This document shows positions 44,676-51,078 of a stretch of 51,078 nucleotides of DNA, piece by piece. The notes below the pieces were generated by a model that saw only the letters and a program-made list of their open reading frames with translations, ran no database searches and was not told where the DNA came from. Numbering within the stretch: the first letter of the stretch is position 1; each line of letters begins with the position of its first letter. The translations under genes and the position numbers were made by a program. This DNA comes from a virus (lineage: Duplodnaviria; Caudoviricetes): positions 1 to 51,078 of the IMG/VR virus record IMGVR_UViG_3300032295_001188, one strand, 5' to 3'.

Positions 44676-47666
44676 TCAAGCAAGACCAAGGGCCTTCATC
44701 AAAGACTGAATGTCTGACATACCGCCTTTTAGTTGGTCCATCGTAGAAGTGTTTGCAGTGGTAGCAGTGGTAGAGACCGGCAAACCTTGCAGCATTTCCT
44801 TCTGGAATCGCAGCTTGGTGTATGGATCAAGTAGCTCAGTCTCGTACTGCTTCTGCAGAGCGGTGATGCCTTCTTGCTCGATGCCACGCTGTTGTGTACC
44901 AGCACCTGCCATCATGTCAGCCAAAGTCTTGGCTTGGCCTTGCTCAACATTGAACTGCCCCATTGCCCGGTCATAAGCGTTGGCGTATCCAGTACCGATT
45001 GCCTTGTTCTGCTCTTGCAACAAGTTCCTCTGCGTCTCAGCATCCATGATGGCCTGACGAGATCCACCGAATGCACCAGCCTGAGCCAGTTTGCCAGCAT
45101 TGCCCATCTGCGTGATCTGGGATTGGCGACGAAGCTCGTCCAACTGAGGCGTCAGCACTGCGCTCAGATACGGGTTCATGTACTGAGAAGCGATGCCAGT
45201 CGGACCAGTTGCCTGCCCCGTCACACCACCCGGCGTCATGCTGGGAAGCTGATACGCACCCTGTGCTGTAAACGACTGACCCAGTTGGCCGGGGAAGTTC
45301 AAACCCTCCAGGCCGGAGAACACCTTGCTCTGCAGAGGAGCCGTACCGGCGACGAGCGGTCCTTGATAGGCTTGGTAAGGCGTGTTGGTCAGCGCAGCAG
45401 TCTTGCTGAGCATGTCTCCCACATACGGACCTGCCCACTCAGAGATATTGGTCTCTGTAGAAGCGCCAAGAGGGGCCTTCGGTGCAGTACCGCCCTCTTG
45501 GAATGCAACCGCCCCACCACCAGCGTAGCCAGCGATACCGCCCGGTGTAAATTTTTCCGGGTTGATCTGACGTCCTTGCTTCTTGTTGCCGGTCCTGGCA
45601 TGGCGCACACGGTCCATCATCTTGTACAGAACCTTGGCTCCAGCGTCAGAGTTGCCATTCCCAAGATGAGAGACTACATCCGCAGGGATCACGAACTCAC
45701 CGTGACTGAGCTTGGCAGGTTGCACCCCGTCGATGTTACTCGGGATCTTATCTGCCATGCCATCAGTTTGCCCACGCAGATAGCGCGGTGGCATGGCTCT
45801 ACCGCCACGGGCAAGACCCATCAGTCCACCGTGCGCTGCTTGTTCCACGATTTGCGGCTCCTCAAAAGGCATCGGGCTCCTTGGCATGGGCTCCGGTATA
45901 GGTTGCGGAGGCGGAGTTTGAGGAAGCATCGGCATCGCTTGTGCGATCCCTGTTTGTGTAACAGGCGAACCGATAGGAGATGTCTCCATCGCGGGCTGAG
46001 ACAGATTGGATTGGCTCAACGGTTGAGCGGCAGGCGACTCATAAGAGCCGACATAACCATGCTCCTTCATCCAATCGATGTCTTGCTGTGTAACACCGGC
46101 ACCAGCACCCAGCAGTTGATCTGGCGTCACCTTGTTTTGGTTGTACCAGTCAATCTTCTGCTCTGCACCGTATCCGCCCCAGCCAGAAGGAAGAGAACCC
46201 GCAAGCCCAGTGAGCGCGGCAGGTTGTTGCGGCGCTTGTTGTTTCTCAGAAAGTGACTTTGCAAGTGCTGTTGCAGGATCTAGGTACGCCTCCTGCTTGC
46301 CCCAGTTGGAGGGATCTTGGAGGTTTGGACCCTTCAAAAAGTCTTGAGCAGAGCCGACCTTGAGACTGCCAATGTCATATCCCAAAGGAGGAGTTACGGG
46401 TATTGATGTTTGAGTTTCAAACGCTTGCCCGTAGTTGCCGGTTGGTTGAATGCCATTCTTGGCAAGGATGTTTGATGCTTGCAAATAATCCCAAGTCTCA
46501 CCGCCGCCGTCTCTTGTGCCCTCATAAACTGACACTTGATTGAACTTGTTGCCTGCATTTGCAAGCAATTGATCTGTGTAGTTATAAATTAGATTTGGAT
46601 CAGTGCCTGCTGGTGCCTCAGATCCACCAAGCACCAACCACGCAGGCTTGCCGGTTTCGTTGGCATGATCGCCAATCATGCCGGTGATCTGAATAAGTTT
46701 TTCTTGAACTCCGGGCGTAGCAGTTTGTGCGCTAACCACATACGGGTCAGTCACCACAAAGTCCGCTGCATTCATGTACTCCTTCAACTGATCAAAGGAC
46801 GCACCGGGCATTGAGCGCGGATGAGCAGAACCGGAGTCAAGGTCTTCGCCAATAGCGTCTTTACCAAACGCATCCCAAGAGTACGGGGACACAACCACGC
46901 CTGCCTGGAGTCCTTGGTCTCGCGCCCAAGCAACAGCCTTGTTCAGGTCTTCACCAATAGGAGCGTTGGGGTTCCAGTAACCTTCGTCGCTCACAACAAC
47001 TCGGTTGTTTGGGATGTCAAAGAACATCAGCACAGGGTTCTCAATCCCCGGCACATCTACCATACGGGCATTTGCGCCTACGTGGTAATCGTAGAACTGC
47101 GGTCCTGCTTTTGGTTGGCCGACATCCCCGCCCCCCTCAAATCTGCGCAGACCCGCAATACCACCACGGACCAACCCACCAGTTGACGATGGATTGTCCA
47201 AATCAGGATTTCCGGTTCCCGGCACAGCAGGCGGCGGAGGAGCAGCGGGGGCAGCAGCAGGCGCAGCACCATACGTGGTATTGAAGAACTGACGGCCCAT
47301 CACCGGAGAAGCGCTCTGTGCATACGGCTTGTACTCAGGCTGAGTGATGGGTGTGCGGGTGAACTGCTTGTTCAGGTCAATTGAGCCTTTCCATCCCGCA
47401 GTCTGAGGCTTGTTCAGCGCAGGGACAAGAAGACCAAGGATGCCTGCGGCAGCGGCGTACTCAGTGGCTCCGGCGTTACCAGACGTAATCTTTTCAAACA
47501 GCTTTTTGTAAGGCGAGAACAGGCCTGCTAACGAACCTACTCCAGACAAATCTGTCGTATACGTTGGGTTAATGTTTCCAGAGGCATCATAAGTTACAGG
47601 ATTACCACCAACATCAACAACCCCACCAGGGGTGACAACGTAATCATCGATGATTGCCATGATCAA
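44676..47666 (-). CDS. internal virion / DNA ejection protein, composite
   Basis: 996 aa; GQTDGMADKIP...LSHGEFVIPADVVSHLGNG; YMNPY...GAFGGSR P22 ejection-protein-like C-terminal part. Confidence 0.65.
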   Translation of the reverse strand: MIMAIIDDYVVTPGGVVDVGGNPVTYDASGNINPTYTTDLSGVGSLAGLFSPYKKLFEKITSGNAGATEYAAAAGILGLLVPALNKPQTAGWKGSIDLNKQFTRTPITQPEYKPYAQSASPVMGRQFFNTTYGAAPAAAPAAPPPPAVPGTGNPDLDNPSSTGGLVRGGIAGLRRFEGGGDVGQPKAGPQFYDYHVGANARMVDVPGIENPVLMFFDIPNNRVVVSDEGYWNPNAPIGEDLNKAVAWARDQGLQAGVVVSPYSWDAFGKDAIGEDLDSGSAHPRSMPGASFDQLKEYMNAADFVVTDPYVVSAQTATPGVQEKLIQITGMIGDHANETGKPAWLVLGGSEAPAGTDPNLIYNYTDQLLANAGNKFNQVSVYEGTRDGGGETWDYLQASNILAKNGIQPTGNYGQAFETQTSIPVTPPLGYDIGSLKVGSAQDFLKGPNLQDPSNWGKQEAYLDPATALAKSLSEKQQAPQQPAALTGLAGSLPSGWGGYGAEQKIDWYNQNKVTPDQLLGAGAGVTQQDIDWMKEHGYVGSYESPAAQPLSQSNLSQPAMETSPIGSPVTQTGIAQAMPMLPQTPPPQPIPEPMPRSPMPFEEPQIVEQAAHGGLMGLARGGRAMPPRYLRGQTDGMADKIPSNIDGVQPAKLSHGEFVIPADVVSHLGNGNSDAGAKVLYKMMDRVRHARTGNKKQGRQINPEKFTPGGIAGYAGGGAVAFQEGGTAPKAPLGASTETNISEWAGPYVGDMLSKTAALTNTPYQAYQGPLVAGTAPLQSKVFSGLEGLNFPGQLGQSFTAQGAYQLPSMTPGGVTGQATGPTGIASQYMNPYLSAVLTPQLDELRRQSQITQMGNAGKLAQAGAFGGSRQAIMDAETQRNLLQEQNKAIGTGYANAYDRAMGQFNVEQGQAKTLADMMAGAGTQQRGIEQEGITALQKQYETELLDPYTKLRFQKEMLQGLPVSTTATTANTSTMDQLKGGMSDIQSLMKALGLA

Positions 47667-50600
47667 GCCTTTCTAGACTTCAGTTTTTCACGAGCGCCTT
47701 CGCGCTTTTTCTCGCGCTCTTCTTTGAGCGCCGTGGTTAGTTGCAACAGATCTGCTTCCTCTGTTTGCATCAGTTCTTGAATAAACGCAGCCAACTCTGG
47801 CGTCACCCCCGGTACTTGAGCCAATTGTGCCGCAGGAGACGGCGCAGGGCTAGGAGGTTTAACTGCCAGAGGTTTAACTGCAGGCGGAGGAGGAGAGGGC
47901 GGTGGTGGCGGAGGAGGTGGCGGAGGCGATGGGGGCGGTGGTGGCGGTGCGCCAGTCACAATTTGACGCAAATCTTCTTCCGTTACCGGGGTCTCTGCTC
48001 CAGGCGGTACAGGGGCACGCGGTGCAGGAGTTGGTGCAGGCGGTGCAGGTGTCGGTGACGGAGGTGCCGGAGAAGGAGGTGGAGCGGCAGGTGGCTCTTC
48101 GGGCGGTTCTTCCCCATCAGTTACCACTGTTGACGGAGCAGGCGCAGGCGCGGGAGGTGCCGGTGTAGGAGACGGAGGAGGAGCGGGCGGCTCTGCTGTA
48201 GTTGTAGTCGATGGCGGAGGCGCAGGGGGAGTCGGCGCTTGCGTGGTTGGGGTTGGTGCAGGGGCCGGTGCTTCAGTCTTAGTAGTGGTTTCTGTCGGAG
48301 CCGGTGCCGGACTGGGCGCAGGCGCTTCAGTTTTAGTAGTCTTTTCCGCTGGCGCGGGTGCTGGAGCAGGGGCCATTACTTCAGCCGGAGCTGGGCTTGG
48401 AGCAGGAGCCTCTGTCTTAGTAGTTGTTTCTGCCGGGGCGGGAGCCGGAGCAGGTACTGGAGCAGGTGCCGGGGCAGGTGCAGGCGCAGTTACTTCAGCC
48501 GGAGCAGGCGCAGGGCTCGGCGCAGGCGCTTCAGTCTTGGTCGTTTCTTTAGCGGGAGCCGGACTTGGAGCAGGTGCCGCTGTCGTTTTTTCTGCAGGAG
48601 CGGGGGCAGGGCTAGGCGCTGGCGAAGGTGTAGGCGCGGGCGCGGGAGCAGGTGCCGCAGGAGTCACATCTGCAAGCGTTAGCGTCTCGCCTGTTGTCGG
48701 GCTAGTTGCTACTGGCGTGGTCAAGTCTGGTGCCGGCGCAGAACTCGTAGCAGGCAGTACATCTCTCAAAGTTAGTGTTTCGCCCGTCGTGGGATCAACA
48801 CCAATAGGCGTGTTTAGATCTGCCTGAGAAGGAACCTTAGTCGTGCCTGCTGGGAGTACGTCACCAAGCGTCAATGTCTCGCCAGTTGCAGGATCAACAG
48901 CTACCGGAATAGACAAATTTGGTTTTGTTACGGTCGGTTCTTGCTCTCCCGTACCGCCGTAAACAGCTTGGTTCAGAATTGTCTGAAGGTTCTGCGTAGG
49001 AGCAGGCGCAAATGTTGTCTGCGATGGCGCTAGATCAATTGTTTCGGCTAACGCGGTAGATGGCGTAGGTGCCGGTGCGCTCACCACATCAAGAGGATAT
49101 GCCTGCTCTTGCTGCTGGATCTGATTAAACAGATCTCGTAGGGCGTCAAGTTTTGTTTCTTGCTCTAACGTCTGTGGAGCTTCTGATACTGGGCTTGTCG
49201 CTGCCTGAGAAGTTTTCGCTGACGGCGCAGTTGCTGACGGAACGGGCGCAGCAAAACCCAAGTCACCATACGTGACAATATTGCCGTCTTCATCAATGAA
49301 CGCCACCATCTCAGGCGTGATGCCGGAGGTGTCGGACGGGACGGAGGGAGCAGGAGCAGGCGGAGCAGGTGGCTCATACCTTCCAGACAACGCTTCTTCC
49401 AACTGCTGCTGCGCGGTCGGTCTGACGCCTTCCTCATAGCCAAGCTGCACTTCTTCGCCAAGCGGAGTAGGCTCAGGTGTCGGGCCAGTAATTTCCAGTG
49501 GCGATGCTGGCGGCGCAGGAGGCGAGTACGTTAACTGTTGAGGAATTCCTGACGTTGGAACAATTTGCGTTTGCGGCGTTGAGCCAAGGAACTCAACCGG
49601 TGTAATTTCAGGGCGGTTTTGATACGCTTGGTATGCGTCTTGTGCTGACGATACAAAGTTACGACCTGCACGAGCAGCCGTTCCAAGCCCGCCAGTTGTT
49701 AGCAGTGCACCCGTTGTTTGAACAATTGTGTCCTTAACAGTATCAAGAACATTGAGTTCTTTACCTACTTGAACACCGCCAAGTGCTTTTACTCTATCCG
49801 CTACGTCTTGTGATACTGCCGTACCAATTTCTGTTAGGTATTCACCAAATGCAGCAGGCGCAATCTTTTTGGCGGCAGCAATCAACTCGTCTGCTGATGC
49901 CGTGACCGGCAGGCCCCTAAGTACGGTCTTCAGTGCAGGCAGGCCAAGTAGTTCACCCGCAAGCTCCAACGAAGACATGACCGCAGTACGCTTGGCGTTC
50001 TGCTCCGTTGGGATACCCCTATCAAGCCCTTCTTGCCAAGTTTGATTGGCTGTTTGAGATACGCCGGTAGCAATTGCACCTGCAAATGGGGCACCAACCA
50101 AAGATCCAAGAACCCCGCCGCCAACCGTCAAAAGACCTGACTCAATGCCAGTCGCAAAATTTCTTTGCGTTTCCGGCATGGCATTTAGTATTGCTTGCCG
50201 CTCTTTGGACAACTCCGCCTGTCGCTGTGTTGCAGCCTCCGGGGCACCAGCAAGGTATTCAGCCGAACCCTCTGGTGCCATCGCCAACTCAGGCGTTGCC
50301 GCTCCCGGCATAAACACTTGACCCATTCGGGTGAGCAAGCTCTCAGCAGATTTGCCCGCAAGCTCCGCACCTATCGGAAATGCTTCAGCAGTTTTAGTTG
50401 CAAAGTCCGCTACTGCAGCAGGTGTTTTAGCGGCAAGACTAGAGGAGAAATATGCCCCCGGCCCGGCACCAGCAATGGGTGCCCCTTGGCCTTCATAGAA
50501 CTCGCCTGCTGGTACGCCAGAAACTTCTGGCGCAACCTCTGCCCTGTTCAGCCCACGGCTACGCGGATCTTGCGCAGAAGGCGTGGCAATCTGAATCTGC

Positions 50601-51070
50601 GGTACAGAGATCCTTGTCAGGCTTGCAAGGAAAGCCTCTTCACTGGGGTACAGCTTGCCATCAGGAGCCAAGTATCCAGGCGCAGTGCCTGCCTTGTACT
50701 CGTTGCCGCCCCATGTAAACCGGCTATACCCACCTTGCTGTGCGCGCTTGGCTGCTTCATCCAGCGTCGGTGAATCAGATGCGTTAAGCGTGGTAAGAGC
50801 AGAAACTTCACGCATGAAGTCTGCATCTATCGCAGCCTGGACATCCCGCTCTGTCGGCTCAGATGTGTAAACAGGCGGAGCTTGCCTCAGTACATCTTGG
50901 TAGATTGCCTCTTCAACGTCCTGCGTTGTTGCTGAAGGAAGCTGAGATAGGGGCGACATGGCCTCAATCTGCTTGATGATGGCGTCATCTGCAGTGCCGT
51001 ACCGCGCTATAAGCCGAGCAGTTTCGTCGCCTGTATCTGTCTTGCTGTAGTACTGGTTGTACCTGTTCAT
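47663..51070 (-). CDS. large Pro/Ala/Thr-rich putative internal virion protein
   Basis: 1135 aa; AGGAG RBS; hydrophobic Gly-rich middle; long PA repeats. Confidence 0.65.
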   Translation of the reverse strand: MNRYNQYYSKTDTGDETARLIARYGTADDAIIKQIEAMSPLSQLPSATTQDVEEAIYQDVLRQAPPVYTSEPTERDVQAAIDADFMREVSALTTLNASDSPTLDEAAKRAQQGGYSRFTWGGNEYKAGTAPGYLAPDGKLYPSEEAFLASLTRISVPQIQIATPSAQDPRSRGLNRAEVAPEVSGVPAGEFYEGQGAPIAGAGPGAYFSSSLAAKTPAAVADFATKTAEAFPIGAELAGKSAESLLTRMGQVFMPGAATPELAMAPEGSAEYLAGAPEAATQRQAELSKERQAILNAMPETQRNFATGIESGLLTVGGGVLGSLVGAPFAGAIATGVSQTANQTWQEGLDRGIPTEQNAKRTAVMSSLELAGELLGLPALKTVLRGLPVTASADELIAAAKKIAPAAFGEYLTEIGTAVSQDVADRVKALGGVQVGKELNVLDTVKDTIVQTTGALLTTGGLGTAARAGRNFVSSAQDAYQAYQNRPEITPVEFLGSTPQTQIVPTSGIPQQLTYSPPAPPASPLEITGPTPEPTPLGEEVQLGYEEGVRPTAQQQLEEALSGRYEPPAPPAPAPSVPSDTSGITPEMVAFIDEDGNIVTYGDLGFAAPVPSATAPSAKTSQAATSPVSEAPQTLEQETKLDALRDLFNQIQQQEQAYPLDVVSAPAPTPSTALAETIDLAPSQTTFAPAPTQNLQTILNQAVYGGTGEQEPTVTKPNLSIPVAVDPATGETLTLGDVLPAGTTKVPSQADLNTPIGVDPTTGETLTLRDVLPATSSAPAPDLTTPVATSPTTGETLTLADVTPAAPAPAPAPTPSPAPSPAPAPAEKTTAAPAPSPAPAKETTKTEAPAPSPAPAPAEVTAPAPAPAPAPVPAPAPAPAETTTKTEAPAPSPAPAEVMAPAPAPAPAEKTTKTEAPAPSPAPAPTETTTKTEAPAPAPTPTTQAPTPPAPPPSTTTTAEPPAPPPSPTPAPPAPAPAPSTVVTDGEEPPEEPPAAPPPSPAPPSPTPAPPAPTPAPRAPVPPGAETPVTEEDLRQIVTGAPPPPPPSPPPPPPPPPPSPPPPAVKPLAVKPPSPAPSPAAQLAQVPGVTPELAAFIQELMQTEEADLLQLTTALKEEREKKREGAREKLKSRKA
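47820..48910 (-). repeat. coding tandem repeats
   Basis: (E/K)TTKTEAPAPSPAPA-type units plus three copies of PxxxxPxTGETLTLxDV. Confidence 0.8.
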
Positions 51071-51078
51071 CTCCTGAC

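Noticed and set aside
44874-46256. 460-aa plus-strand ORF and other long antisense ORFs (7929-8684, 10073-10759, 31107-32012, 43017-43706, 48243-48827)
   Set aside because: Shadow frames opposite well-supported genes in GC-rich DNA; no RBS or recognisable motifs
1-51078. Alternative genetic code, diversity-generating retroelement or integrase
   Set aside because: Core genes are intact in the standard code, and no reverse transcriptase, TR/VR pair or recombinase motifs were recognised in this window

Overview
Most of a tailed-phage genome with podovirus-type (P22-like portal, no tape measure) architecture; both ends of the window fall inside the virion module, so the sequence is incomplete. 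The minus strand at 1-17.3 kb carries terS, a LexA-DBD-like gene, terL, portal, an HNH endonuclease, a GroES-like gene, scaffold, decoration protein, major capsid, a GIY-YIG endonuclease, a tail fibre, small basic proteins and adaptors. The plus strand at 17.5-22.1 kb is an array of tiny early genes. A ~600 bp structured non-coding tract lies at 22.15-22.75 kb. A minus-strand ParB/helicase/primase block follows at 22.9-26.2 kb, plus-strand middle and recombination genes at 26.3-35.85 kb, and four very large minus-strand internal virion/ejection proteins at 35.9-51.07 kb. No integrase, CI-type repressor, DNA polymerase, endolysin, tRNA or CRISPR array was recognised. Two CTG-N10-CAG LexA boxes suggest a beta/gamma-proteobacterial host. 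The most unusual signals are: (1) ~16 co-oriented copies of AGGACTGACCTATG that fuse RBS, stop and start at nearly every early-gene junction and also fill a promoter spacer; (2) the long structured non-coding tract driven by that promoter; (3) SOS boxes at terS and at an orphan small gene; (4) a recurring [YFM]-A/x-x-G-G motif shared by small basic and internal virion proteins; (5) CGTTAATATTAACG palindromes around the terS 3' end. All calls come from reading motifs by eye; no database searches or folding programs were run.
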